Source: Pseudomonadota bacterium (GTDB lineage Bacteria; Myxococcota_A; Polyangia; Polyangiales; DASUME01). From it: DNA of 50,571 nt. Below are positions 34,982 to 43,576 of the stretch, piece by piece. The notes below the pieces were generated by a model that had not been told where the DNA came from, ran no database searches, and saw only the letters and a list, made by a program, of their open reading frames with translations. The position numbers and the translations under genes are program-made. The stretch is taken from contig JBEGTL010000002.1 of assembly GCA_041179425.1 (NCBI GenBank), positions 1 to 50,571 on the forward strand. The letters run 5' to 3'. How positions within the stretch are numbered: position 1 is the first letter of the stretch; each line of letters begins with the position of its first letter.

Positions 34982-35452
34982 ATGAGCCGCTTTCGTTCCG
35001 ATGAAATCACGCTGCTACTCCCGAGCTTCCAGCCGTACGTGCAGGCCGTGCTCGACGACATGACCGCGCAGGGATTCAAGCCCATCCTATTCGACGGTCT
35101 GCGGACGCCAGCCGAGGCGCTGCGCAACGCCAAGCGCGGCACCGGCAAGGTGCAATCGCCGCACCTGTACGGGCTCGCCGCAGACGTCATCTGCGATGAC
35201 CACGGGTGGAGCTGCCGCGAGAAGAAGTGCAAGTTCTACGCGAAGCTCGTGGCCGCCGTGCGCTCGCGCGGGCTCATCACCGGCGCAGACTTCCACAACG
35301 CGCAGGGCAAGCCCATGGTCGACGAGCCGCACTTCCAGGGCCTGCCGCCCGCGCAGGAGCGCAAGGTGCGTGAGCTCGGCATGAGCGACGAGTCCATCCC
35401 CGAGCGCGATGCTATCGTCGCCGCTTGGCTGAAGCAGCACGCTAAGCTCTGA
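34982..35452 (+). CDS. Peptidase M15 (VanY/D-Ala-D-Ala carboxypeptidase-like) endolysin
   Basis: The SPHLYGLAADV motif and a C-terminal HFQ motif. TAGGCT lies 7 nt upstream. Confidence 0.75.
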   Translation: MSRFRSDEITLLLPSFQPYVQAVLDDMTAQGFKPILFDGLRTPAEALRNAKRGTGKVQSPHLYGLAADVICDDHGWSCREKKCKFYAKLVAAVRSRGLITGADFHNAQGKPMVDEPHFQGLPPAQERKVRELGMSDESIPERDAIVAAWLKQHAKL

Positions 35453-35678
35453 GTACCTGACGCAGCGCGCGCACGTTGTTGCGCTCGCACAGCAGCGCGA
35501 TGGTGTCGCACTGCTCGTCGAACTCTGCGCGGTTGTTGTGCTCGAAGCTCCTGAGCATCTTGAAGCGGCTGGAGCCGTTGGTAGTGAGGTCCAGCAGCTC
35601 GGTGTACCAGAAGGTGTCACCGTCTTCATCCGCGTCGATGAAGCGCCGCACGATGTCGCGGTTGTCGATGGCAGTCAT
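35442..35678 (-). CDS. Hypothetical protein (78 aa)
   Basis: ATGA overlap with the upstream minus gene. Convergent 11-nt overlap with the endolysin gene. Confidence 0.45.
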   Translation of the reverse strand: MTAIDNRDIVRRFIDADEDGDTFWYTELLDLTTNGSSRFKMLRSFEHNNRAEFDEQCDTIALLCERNNVRALRQVLRA

Positions 35679-35842
35679 CCGCAGCTGCCCCGACACTCGG
35701 TGGAGCAGATGCTGTGGCCGGCGGGGTCGATGCGACACTTGGTGTGGCAGATGCAGCGAAGCCCGCGCTCCGCGTGGACAGGCTGCACGGGGAAGCACTG
35801 CACACTACAGAGCGCGAGCATCAGTAGAAACTTGGTCCTCAT
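35675..35842 (-). CDS. Secreted cysteine-rich mini-protein (55 aa, 8 Cys)
   Basis: AGGAGG lies before ATG 35842. MRTKFLLMLALCSVQCFPVQPVHA is signal-like, followed by ERGLRCICHTKCRIDPAGHSICSTECRGSCG. Confidence 0.5.
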   Translation of the reverse strand: MRTKFLLMLALCSVQCFPVQPVHAERGLRCICHTKCRIDPAGHSICSTECRGSCG

Positions 35843-35862
35843 AGGCCCCTCCTGTGGAGGAG

Positions 35863-35976
35863 CTACAGGGCTCCGTCCATCCAAGCCAACCATATCAAGA
35901 CCACTGACCAGAACGCAACAGCAATCACTCCGGCCACTGCGTATTCGGTGAGGCGCCACTTCAGCATCTTATTCAT
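35863..35976 (-). CDS. Tiny single-pass membrane protein (37 aa)
   Basis: MNKMLKWRLTEYAVAGVIAVAFWSVVLIWLAWMDGAL. Overlaps the upstream stop. Confidence 0.4.
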   Translation of the reverse strand: MNKMLKWRLTEYAVAGVIAVAFWSVVLIWLAWMDGAL

Positions 35977-36124
35977 GGTCGTCCTCAGGGTTCGGCACGG
36001 TCTCAGGGTCCAGCCAGTAGGCCAGCTTCTGCAGGTTGAAGGCGAGCAGCAGCAACACCTTGGCCGGGATGTACACCAGTGCGCACAGCACGAACACAAT
36101 GGCCAGCATCAGACGAGTCAGCAC
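35969..36124 (-). CDS. Small membrane protein (about 50 aa)
   Basis: GTG 36124 overlaps the upstream TGA. Hydrophobic LMLAIVFVLCALVYIPAKVLLLLAF followed by an acidic tail. Confidence 0.45.
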   Translation of the reverse strand: MLTRLMLAIVFVLCALVYIPAKVLLLLAFNLQKLAYWLDPETVPNPEDDHE

Positions 36125-36576
36125 AGCTCTGACTCCGTGGACAGCGTGGTGCCGTCCCATCCTGCGATGAGAGTGACCTTGCGGCCGGTGGTAAACTGGA
36201 AGAACCGAGCATCCTCGGGCTGGTACTCCGTCCAGAACTGAGACCATGGCCCGCGCAGCGTGAGGACCCAGTTCTCCTCATCGCGGCCGAACACCTGATG
36301 GAAACGCGACTTGAGCGTCTTGACGACGTCGCCCGCGCGGTAGTAGACGGTCTCGGTGTCGAACCCTCCGTTCGGGTACACGGTCTGCAGGACGAGCTCC
36401 TCGAGCCCTCCCTTGAGCACCAGTGAGATGGAGTGGAAGGCGTGAGTGTGGAAGGCTTCGCGCGAAACCTCGCCGACCTTCAGCAGCAGCAAGCTACCGA
36501 TGCGCTTCGACTCGAGACCCCACACCCAGACCTTCGACTCCGGTCCACCGTCTTTCGAGCCCCAGTGTAGTTTCAC
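36118..36576 (-). CDS. Hypothetical protein (HxH motif family common in phages)
   Basis: 152 aa. AFHTHAFHSISLVLKGGLEE resembles the HDHPW...IL.G.Y.E phage family. Confidence 0.55.
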   Translation of the reverse strand: MKLHWGSKDGGPESKVWVWGLESKRIGSLLLLKVGEVSREAFHTHAFHSISLVLKGGLEELVLQTVYPNGGFDTETVYYRAGDVVKTLKSRFHQVFGRDEENWVLTLRGPWSQFWTEYQPEDARFFQFTTGRKVTLIAGWDGTTLSTESELC

Positions 36577-36577
36577 G

Positions 36578-36910
36578 TTAGTTGCTCCGGCCCATCGCCT
36601 GGGAGGCGTGGAACAAGAAGGTGTTGGGGGTGAGCGCCACGTCGCCGTCGCGCAGCTGGTCGCGATGCTCGGCGCAGCGCTCCTTGGCGTCCGTGAGGAA
36701 CTCGGTGCGGAACGACGCGAGCTCGGTCTCCGAGACGCCGTGCAGTGCGAGCTGTTCGGTCCGCGCGTCGTAGACGAACGGGACGTCGAACGACTGGCCG
36801 TCCTCCGTGCTCATGCGGAACTCACCGACGCAGCCCTTGCGGCTGACCTCGGCGAAGTCGACGTCGCTGTATTCCAGGACGCCGTGTTTGGTTGGCTGGG
36901 GGTCTTTCAC
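36578..36910 (-). CDS. Hypothetical protein
   Basis: GTG 36910 overlaps the upstream TGA (GTGA); 110 aa. Confidence 0.45.
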   Translation of the reverse strand: MKDPQPTKHGVLEYSDVDFAEVSRKGCVGEFRMSTEDGQSFDVPFVYDARTEQLALHGVSETELASFRTEFLTDAKERCAEHRDQLRDGDVALTPNTFLFHASQAMGRSN

Positions 36911-37581
36911 TTGCTCTTCCTTCCGGTGGGTTTGCTCATTGCCACCTTGGTAAACTTGACGCCGGGGACACACGGCGGGTGCGTCTGGTTGCTCTCGTTG
37001 GCAATCTTAAGCACTTGGGCGATGCTCTTCTCGTTGAGAGTCAGGTGGCTGCGCGCCAGGGAGCTGGTCGACATGACCTCCACGTCGAACGACTCGACGT
37101 CCCAGATGATGCGCGTGCTGTTGCCCGCAAACTTCCACTTGTCGGGGATGGAGGCGAGCGCGTCGATGGTCGCGTCGTCGTCGCCGGCTGCGGATGCCGC
37201 TGCCGCGAGCTGGCGGGCCTCCACTGCCTTGCGGTCGCACGCCAAGGTGTAGGCGTTGACCTTGCCGTTCGCGAGCGCCTTGAAGGCCTCAGCCGCCTTG
37301 CGCGTGTCGCGGAAAGGCGCGCGGATGGTCTCCGCCTCGCGCTCGAGAGGCGCACACAACTCCTTGGGCTCCTCGGTGAGCGCCTTGACGCGCTCATGGG
37401 AGGCGTCGCGCTGCGCTATCCACCACTCGCACTCGTCCGCGCTTTCACACGGGACGTCCGCGTAGGCTTGCAGGCAGCTCTCCCACTGCTTGGCTTCCTC
37501 GGCGAGGGCCGTCTTGTCCACTGGTGCGATGGCCAGCTGTTTCATCTCTGCGGGGACGGGGCCTACGATGGCTTCGCTCAT
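36907..37581 (-). CDS. Hypothetical protein
   Basis: 224 aa, good GC3, overlaps the rusA stop. Confidence 0.55.
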   Translation of the reverse strand: MSEAIVGPVPAEMKQLAIAPVDKTALAEEAKQWESCLQAYADVPCESADECEWWIAQRDASHERVKALTEEPKELCAPLEREAETIRAPFRDTRKAAEAFKALANGKVNAYTLACDRKAVEARQLAAAASAAGDDDATIDALASIPDKWKFAGNSTRIIWDVESFDVEVMSTSSLARSHLTLNEKSIAQVLKIANESNQTHPPCVPGVKFTKVAMSKPTGRKSK

Positions 37582-38045
37582 GCCTTGAGCTTGCTCTTCA
37601 CTTTCGGCTTTTGCACGGGCAAAGTGCGAGTCGCGTGCGGGAGGATACTGACGAACACTCCCGCGTCGTCTTCCTCACGCGACGAGTACATCCGCTGTAC
37701 CGTCAGGTTCGCGACCTGCTTGTCGTCATCCCACACGTGCTTGTTCAGTGCATCGAGCACCGACTTGGCCACGTTGTCGATGTCGCTGTGCACGCCGTTC
37801 TCGAACGTAATCCAGATGTGCACCGTGTAGTCAGTATCGGTGCGCCAGTCCTCGGGCAGCTCGCACGCCTCTCGGACCTTCTTCTCGTACGCGAGAGTCT
37901 TCTCTGGGGTGAAGGTCTGCACGAACATCTTCTTGCCCTTGCGGCGGATGCTGAAGCGCGGCCGCTCCTTGCCCACCGGCTTGCCGGGCACCTCGAAGTT
38001 CAGGGGGCCCGGTTTCACGCGCACGTGTGGTTCTTCGATGAGCAT
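37578..38045 (-). CDS. rusA: RusA-family Holliday junction resolvase
   Basis: VPGKPVGKERPRF and DIDNVAKSVLDALNKHVWDDDKQV signatures. An alternative GTG at 38087 lies inside the repeat. Confidence 0.8.
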   Translation of the reverse strand: MLIEEPHVRVKPGPLNFEVPGKPVGKERPRFSIRRKGKKMFVQTFTPEKTLAYEKKVREACELPEDWRTDTDYTVHIWITFENGVHSDIDNVAKSVLDALNKHVWDDDKQVANLTVQRMYSSREEDDAGVFVSILPHATRTLPVQKPKVKSKLKA

Positions 38046-38079
38046 CCAGCAGTGTGCGCTGACGGCGCAGATGGCGCCA

Positions 38080-38201
38080 GTGTCCACCTTTATCGGGGGT
38101 CCATCCCTATTATATAGCTATGAGGCCGCAAGCCGCGTACGTAATAGAATATGGATGGAGGGCCGATTAAAGTTGACACCGATACCGAGCCGCGCAGCGG
38201 C
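38080..38201. repeat. Internal copy of the perfect 122-bp inverted repeat (partner 1-122)
   Basis: Exact reverse complement of 1-122. Lies between the divergent rusA operon and the primase-polymerase gene. Confidence 0.95.
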
Positions 38202-38249
38202 GCTGGGGGGCCCGCTGGGCCCCCACCGATACCGAGCCGCGCAGCGGCG
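38177..38249. repeat. Two 26-bp direct repeats (38177-38202 and 38224-38249) flanking a GC hairpin
   Basis: CACCGATACCGAGCCGCGCAGCGGCG occurs twice. Between them lies GGGGGCCC-GCT-GGGCCCCC (38206-38224). The first copy is the outer end of the 122-bp repeat. Confidence 0.9.
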
Positions 38250-38337
38250 AGGCCCTCTAGCTTCCACATACGGTCGAGAAATGACCCCCTAGGTGGACGG
38301 CGTCGGCTGCCCTGTTGCTTATCTGCAGGCAGAAGGG

Positions 38338-38343
38338 TAATCT
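38338..38343 (+). promoter_or_regulatory. -10-like TAATCT, 6 nt upstream of GTG 38350
   Basis: GGGTAATCTC is shared with the region upstream of ATG 679. Confidence 0.4.
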
Positions 38344-38349
38344 CGGGAC

Positions 38350-40899
38350 GTGCAGCACTCCGACCTCGCCTGGCTCGTTGTTCCAGGCTGGAAAGGCTCC
38401 AAGCTCATCTCGCGCTCGCAACAGCGCACCGGCAGCTGGGCCGACTTCGTCACCGACATCGGCGCCCACGTGGCCGGCGAGAAGGAAGGCCGCGCGGTCA
38501 TCCCCTTCCAGGCCGACTGGACCGACGGTGACACCCAGCCCCGCGCTGGCGCGCACGAGCTGCCTGGCGCGCGCTGGACCATCCTCAGCCTCGACCTCGA
38601 CGAGTGCACCGACGAGCAGATGGAGCTCGCGTGCGCCAAGCTCGACGAGCACCAGGTCTCCTACCTGTGCCACTCGACGCACAGCTACGACCCCGACGAG
38701 CGCATGAAGGCGCGCATCCACATCCCGCTGGCGGCAGCGCTGCTCGAAGCGCAGGTGAAGCCCACCAAGACGCGCCTGGCCGCCTGGCTAGGGCTCAAGA
38801 CCGACGCGGCGACCAAGGGGGGCCACACGCTCTTCTACACGCCGCGCTGCCCGCCTGAGCGGCTGCAGGACGCCTTCCTGTTGGTGCGCAGCGGCGGCCC
38901 GCTCTACCCCGAGCTCCTGCCATCCCTCGACTCTCTGCCCGAGACCGGCCGCGCCGCCGTGAAGCGCGCAAACCTGGTCGTGAAGGCGCGAGCGCGCGAG
39001 AGCTGGCCCGAGCCCGTGCGCACCAAAGCGGAGCTCGCGCTCGCTGACCTGTGCGAGCACATCGGCGAGCACACCGGCACGTCCATCCGCAACACGCTCA
39101 AAGGCGGCGTCGCCACCATCGCCGGCTACATCGCTTCCGGTCTTCTCGATGGTGCGGACGCGTACGGCAAGCTGCAAGCCGCAGTGAAGCTGCGCCACTC
39201 CTTCGGCGTGGATGACCAGGCGCTGGCGTACCGCCTCGAACAGATCGACGGCTTCATGGACTGGGGTGCCGCTCGTCCCATCGTGCCGTGGGGCTACGAT
39301 GCCAACGGCGAGGAAGTCCACAAGGCGCTCGACAAGCTCTCGACGCAGCTCGTAGACCAGCGCCCCGACCGCCTGTACACCGCGCCCGAGGCCGCCGAGG
39401 CGCTCTACGCCTTCCTCAGGAAGCAGCGCATGGCACTCCAGGGCCTCGGGCTGGTCGAGGTCAGCGTGGGCGTGGGCAAGACCTATGCTCTGCGGCAGCT
39501 GGCCAAGGAGAGGGCGGAGCGCGGCGAGTACACCATCATTCTGTCGCTCGACCACGGGCTGCTCGGTCAGATTCGCCGCGACCTCATCGAGGCGGGCGTC
39601 GCCGTGCGGCACCTGCACTCGCTCGTGCAGCCCGAGGCGCGCACCGGCTCGCCCGAGTGCTCCATCCGCGCGCGCCCTGACGTCGTAGCGATGCTCAAGC
39701 ACGGCGCCTCGCTCGCCGGCACGGTGTGCCCGAGCTGCGTGCACTTCCGCAACAACACGTGCCCAGCCATCGAGCACAACCGCCGCAAGCTGTCGGAGTA
39801 CGTGCTGCTCGCGCCCTACCCGCTCGCGCGCCGCGCCATCGACCTCATCCTTGAGCACGGCGACGGCGGTGGAGCCCTCATCGTGTGCGACGAGGAGCCG
39901 CCGGGGGCAGAGCGCGTCGAGCTCTCGCACGAGGCGGTGTCCGCTCTGCTCGACTCGCCCGACGAGTTCTGGCAGCTGTTGCGCTCCGACCAGGCGCATG
40001 TCGTCCAGTGCCTCGCGCAGAGCTTGAAGGACGGCGACCACGTGGACGCCCCGCGCGAACTGCTGGACGGCGCCATCGCCTACCACGGGCAGCTGCACGC
40101 CCCGTCCCTGACCGTGAACGACCTGAGGCGCTGGGAGTTCGAGATTGCGGCCACGCGCGCCGTGCTTGAGCTCGCCAAGGGATGGGACACGCTCAGGAGC
40201 GCGCTCGTCATGGTGCCCGACGTCGGACGCGTGCGAGTGTGGCGCGCTGAAATCGAGTGCGACGCCTGGCGCATCCTCAGCGAGGAAGGCGGCTTCGTCC
40301 TGAGCGCCACGCCCGACCCGCTGCGCTACGAGGAGTTCCCGCTGCTGGTCGACGAGCTCGTGCTGCGCGTGCAAGACGCCCAGCCAGCGCAGCGCACGCT
40401 GGTGTTCACGCTGCACGGCTCACGCCGGCAGGTGTTCGAGGACGGCGACGTCAAGTGGGACATCGTGGCGGACGACCTGCAGGCGCTGTTCCGGCTGGAG
40501 CCCACCGGGCGCATCTTGCTCGGCACCTACAAGGCCATCAGCGACGGCTTGAAGGGCGAGTACGCGCACCTCTTACAGGGCCGCGACGTGGCGCTCACGC
40601 ACTACGAGGTGGTGCGCGGACGTGATGACTGGCGCGACCGCGACGTGTTCTGCTCCCTGTACACACCGCGGCCCACACCGGACGACACCATCGCGGCGAA
40701 GGAGTCCACCGCACGCACCGACGCCGCAGCCTCCCGCGCGCTCGAACAGTTCCATGGCCGCGCCCGCGACCCGCAGCCACGCGAGAAGCCGGCTATTCAC
40801 TACTGCTTCGGCACGGTTGCGCCTCTGTCCTGGAACGACCTGAACAGCTCGGTGAAAAAACGTGGCGAGTTGTTTGACAGCGCACCGACCACGACATAA
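38350..40899 (+). CDS. Primase-polymerase (AEP-like) fused to a P-loop NTPase/helicase-like domain
   Basis: N-terminal ILSLDLDE and YLCHSTHSY are AEP motif I/II-like. Central VSVGVGKTYAL is a Walker A, and LIVCDEEP is Walker B-like. Confidence 0.6.
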   Translation: MQHSDLAWLVVPGWKGSKLISRSQQRTGSWADFVTDIGAHVAGEKEGRAVIPFQADWTDGDTQPRAGAHELPGARWTILSLDLDECTDEQMELACAKLDEHQVSYLCHSTHSYDPDERMKARIHIPLAAALLEAQVKPTKTRLAAWLGLKTDAATKGGHTLFYTPRCPPERLQDAFLLVRSGGPLYPELLPSLDSLPETGRAAVKRANLVVKARARESWPEPVRTKAELALADLCEHIGEHTGTSIRNTLKGGVATIAGYIASGLLDGADAYGKLQAAVKLRHSFGVDDQALAYRLEQIDGFMDWGAARPIVPWGYDANGEEVHKALDKLSTQLVDQRPDRLYTAPEAAEALYAFLRKQRMALQGLGLVEVSVGVGKTYALRQLAKERAERGEYTIILSLDHGLLGQIRRDLIEAGVAVRHLHSLVQPEARTGSPECSIRARPDVVAMLKHGASLAGTVCPSCVHFRNNTCPAIEHNRRKLSEYVLLAPYPLARRAIDLILEHGDGGGALIVCDEEPPGAERVELSHEAVSALLDSPDEFWQLLRSDQAHVVQCLAQSLKDGDHVDAPRELLDGAIAYHGQLHAPSLTVNDLRRWEFEIAATRAVLELAKGWDTLRSALVMVPDVGRVRVWRAEIECDAWRILSEEGGFVLSATPDPLRYEEFPLLVDELVLRVQDAQPAQRTLVFTLHGSRRQVFEDGDVKWDIVADDLQALFRLEPTGRILLGTYKAISDGLKGEYAHLLQGRDVALTHYEVVRGRDDWRDRDVFCSLYTPRPTPDDTIAAKESTARTDAAASRALEQFHGRARDPQPREKPAIHYCFGTVAPLSWNDLNSSVKKRGELFDSAPTTT

Positions 40900-40937
40900 G
40901 CTCTGAGTGCTGCTCCCCTCCTCCATGCTCCTCCCTT

Positions 40938-40973
40938 GAGCGCCCCGTCAGGATAACACTTGACGGGGCGCTC
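40938..40973 (+). terminator. Stem-loop after the primase gene (weak T tract)
   Basis: Perfect 13-bp stem GAGCGCCCCGTCA / TGACGGGGCGCTC, 10-nt loop, then CCCTTTG. Confidence 0.5.
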
Positions 40974-40994
40974 CCCTTTGCGTCACGCTGGGGC

Positions 40995-41189
40995 ATGGTC
41001 TACATCCCAGCCAAAGTTCTCGACGCAGCCTGCGCTGCATACGCCCGCGCTACCGGCACGTACCCCAACAGGGCGGGCCTGCGCTCGGCGCTCCACACCA
41101 TCAACGCTCAAGAGTCTCTCGACCGCGACGCAGCTCTGCTCGTCAAACGCGGGTCAGAGGGCCCCCACGCAGCACGGCCCAAACGATGA
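40995..41189 (+). CDS. Small hypothetical protein
   Basis: 64-aa ORF, moderate GC3. Confidence 0.35.
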   Translation: MVYIPAKVLDAACAAYARATGTYPNRAGLRSALHTINAQESLDRDAALLVKRGSEGPHAARPKR

Positions 41190-41392
41190 ACCGCTCGTTC
41201 ATCCGTTGTCTGGTTGCACTCGAGATGGCCGCCGGCCTGTTCGACGGTGGCGCCCAGGATGCGGGCATGGCAGCGTACGCCGAGGCGACGCGCATCATCG
41301 ACCAAGAGCTCACGCACCCGGAAGAGTTCCTACGAGCCTTCATCGAAGCTGAGCACGTCCTGCGCACCTACATCTGGAGACCTGAATGCTAG
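41186..41392 (+). CDS. Small hypothetical protein
   Basis: ATGA overlap; 68 aa. Confidence 0.4.
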   Translation: MNRSFIRCLVALEMAAGLFDGGAQDAGMAAYAEATRIIDQELTHPEEFLRAFIEAEHVLRTYIWRPEC

Positions 41393-41751
41393 CCAACATC
41401 ATCATGTTCGTCGGACTGCTCTGCTTCATCGCCGTGTTCGTCACGATGGTGGCTGCGTGCCGAATCTTCTTTACTCTGAAGCGTAAGGGCACGATGCTGG
41501 TCATCGAAGAGAGGCCCAAAGTGAAGTCCAACTCCAGCGTGCAGAACTTCTTCCAAATCGACGAGACCAACGAGCTCCTGTCGCGAGCGTTCGGTCCGGC
41601 CAACGTGAGCCGCAAGCTCGAGATGCCTCTGCATCTGGACGTCACGCTCGAAGCAGACGAGGCGTGGGAGACCGAAGAGCCCACCATCCAGCTGGCTCAG
41701 AGCGAAGTGCGCGCGCTGCTCCACACCGTCGCGACCACCAACCATGGCTAA
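41386..41751 (+). CDS. Membrane protein with N-terminal TM segment
   Basis: ANIIMFVGLLCFIAVFVTMVAA. Lower GC than its neighbours. Confidence 0.5.
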   Translation: MLANIIMFVGLLCFIAVFVTMVAACRIFFTLKRKGTMLVIEERPKVKSNSSVQNFFQIDETNELLSRAFGPANVSRKLEMPLHLDVTLEADEAWETEEPTIQLAQSEVRALLHTVATTNHG

Positions 41752-43576
41752 TCGCAGCGGCCAGTTCACGGCGCCGTTCCGGCTGCCGCTCTACAGCCCC
41801 AAGCAGCGCTCCGAAATCGGCGGCTGCATGGCGCGCTGGGGCGCCGCGCGCATGCTCGGCATCAAGGAGCCTCAGTCAGAGAAGATGGCCCGAGGCAACA
41901 ACCTCCACGGCGAGATGGAGGGCTGGGGTAAGTGCGCCACGATGCCCGTCTCCAAGGAGCCGCTGTCTATGATGAAGTACGCCCCGCCTCCGCGCTTCGC
42001 CGCGGTGGAGGTGCCGTGTCGCTTCGACATCACCGAGGGTGAGGGCACCTCGTGGTTCGGCTTCATCGACGCTGCCTACAGCTGGGTGAAGCACACCGGC
42101 CCACTCGCATCACCCGTCAAAGTGACCTCGAAAGGTCGCTGTGCGCGAGCGTACGGCAAGCCCGCCGGACGCCCCGCGCCGCTGGGCATGACGAACATCA
42201 TAGTCATCCACGACTACAAGTTCACGTCCAGCTTCGATTGGATGCTGTACCCCGAGCAGCTGAGTGTGGACTTCGCGGCGAACATGTACGCGTACGAAGC
42301 CTTCCAGGCGCTCGACGCCGCCGGCATGGGCGACGGCGAAGTCTGGTGCCGCTGGGTCTACTGTGAGTTCGACAGCGAGTCCCCCCGCGAGGTGTGGACT
42401 CAGATGGACCGAGCCTACTGTGAGAGCGTCATGCTGCAGGCGGACTCCGAAGCTGCGCGCGCGACCGCGCTGCGCGCCGAGTACCGCAAGCTGCGCACGG
42501 ATGAGGAGCGCGAAGCGTTCGTCTTCTCCTTGCCAAAAGACACCGAGCAATGTTTTAGTTACGGCAAGGAGTGTCCCGCGTTCGCGCGGTGCAAGCCGCA
42601 CATCGTGCCGAAGCGCATCACACTGAGGAGCCAAGCAGACATGGACGAGTTCGAAGCAGAGATGAACGCAAACTTCGCCAGCCAGGCGGCGCCCGCGGCC
42701 ACGAAACCTGCGCTACCCACCAAGCCCGGTCTGCCCCCGCTGCCTGGCCGCCGTGCGCCCGACACGCTCGGGTTCACGCCCACCGCGGAGCATCGCTTCG
42801 ACACCGGCACCGGCCAGCCGCTGGCCGACAACCCCAAGCCGGCGCTCCCCTCGCTGCCTGGCAAGCCTGCCCTGCCGGCACTGCCGGTCAAGCCCGCGCT
42901 GCCCTCGAAGCCCGTGACGTCTGCCGGCCCAGAAGACGACCTCACGGACGCCGAAGCCCAGCAGCTGGTCGACGAGTACATGGGCAAGAAGACGCCCGTG
43001 GGCGTGCCGGAGAGCGGCACCGTCAACCCCCCTGGCAACCCCTTCCCCGCGGCGCGCAGCCCCGAGGAAGCCGTGGCGAACGGCAACGTGCACACGCCTC
43101 CTCCCCAGACCGAGGTGGAGCCCGACGACCTGGAGGGCAAGACGTTGGTGGACCTCCGCCAAATCGCGGACGCCATCGGCGCCACGTACCTGCCCAAGGC
43201 CCGCACCGCGGGCGTGACGGCCGCCATCCGCGCGCGCCGAGCCGAGCTGCAGCTGCAGGGCGTGCTTTCGCCCGAGAGCGTAGCCGAGGTCATCAACGCT
43301 CAGGTGGACACCTCCTTCGAGGCAGAGGGTATCGTCTACGAGAGCGTCGAGGCCATGGAGCGCGAGCTCGCTGGACTCGAGGGTGCTGACCCGGTCAGCA
43401 GCGGAGCCTTCGACGGTGTGTTCGAGAAGCAGCTGGAGTCCATCCAGCAGCGCATCGCCGTGCGCGAGCACGTGGACGCCGTGGACACCGACCTCATCGC
43501 AGTGCGCGACCTGGGCGCGCTCGCGGCCCGGCTCAAGTGCCGAATCACGTTGACGTTCGAACCAGACGAAATCTGA
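41744..43576 (+). CDS. PD-(D/E)XK (Cas4/RecB-like) nuclease with proline-rich linker and SAP/Rho-N-like C-terminal segment
   Basis: FGFIDAAY...IVIHDYKFTS fits the D...D/ExK pattern. Cys cluster CFSYGKECPAFARC. KPALP repeats. TLVDLRQIADAIGATYLPKARTAGV. Confidence 0.65.
   Translation: MANRSGQFTAPFRLPLYSPKQRSEIGGCMARWGAARMLGIKEPQSEKMARGNNLHGEMEGWGKCATMPVSKEPLSMMKYAPPPRFAAVEVPCRFDITEGEGTSWFGFIDAAYSWVKHTGPLASPVKVTSKGRCARAYGKPAGRPAPLGMTNIIVIHDYKFTSSFDWMLYPEQLSVDFAANMYAYEAFQALDAAGMGDGEVWCRWVYCEFDSESPREVWTQMDRAYCESVMLQADSEAARATALRAEYRKLRTDEEREAFVFSLPKDTEQCFSYGKECPAFARCKPHIVPKRITLRSQADMDEFEAEMNANFASQAAPAATKPALPTKPGLPPLPGRRAPDTLGFTPTAEHRFDTGTGQPLADNPKPALPSLPGKPALPALPVKPALPSKPVTSAGPEDDLTDAEAQQLVDEYMGKKTPVGVPESGTVNPPGNPFPAARSPEEAVANGNVHTPPPQTEVEPDDLEGKTLVDLRQIADAIGATYLPKARTAGVTAAIRARRAELQLQGVLSPESVAEVINAQVDTSFEAEGIVYESVEAMERELAGLEGADPVSSGAFDGVFEKQLESIQQRIAVREHVDAVDTDLIAVRDLGALAARLKCRITLTFEPDEI

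Noticed and set aside
1-38201. The inverted repeat as hairpin-telomere (protelomerase) ends, or as the boundaries of a Gin/Cin-type invertible segment
   Set aside because: No protelomerase-like or serine-invertase-like gene is visible. The repeat is not a terminal palindrome, and the enclosed segment would be the entire 38-kb structural block. I cannot exclude recombination between the copies, or an assembly break at the repeat, without reads.
38177-38249. CRISPR-like array
   Set aside because: There are only two 26-bp repeat copies, the spacer is a GC hairpin, and there are no cas genes. I found no other regularly spaced repeats.
40897-40908. TAAGCTCTGAGT shared at 40897 and 35443 (and TAAGCTCTG at 43699) as a specific regulatory site
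   Set aside because: In two of the three cases it overlaps a stop codon at a gene end and no gene starts at the right distance. It is too short, and occurs too few times, to separate from chance. Only the 43699 copy fits the promoter pattern.
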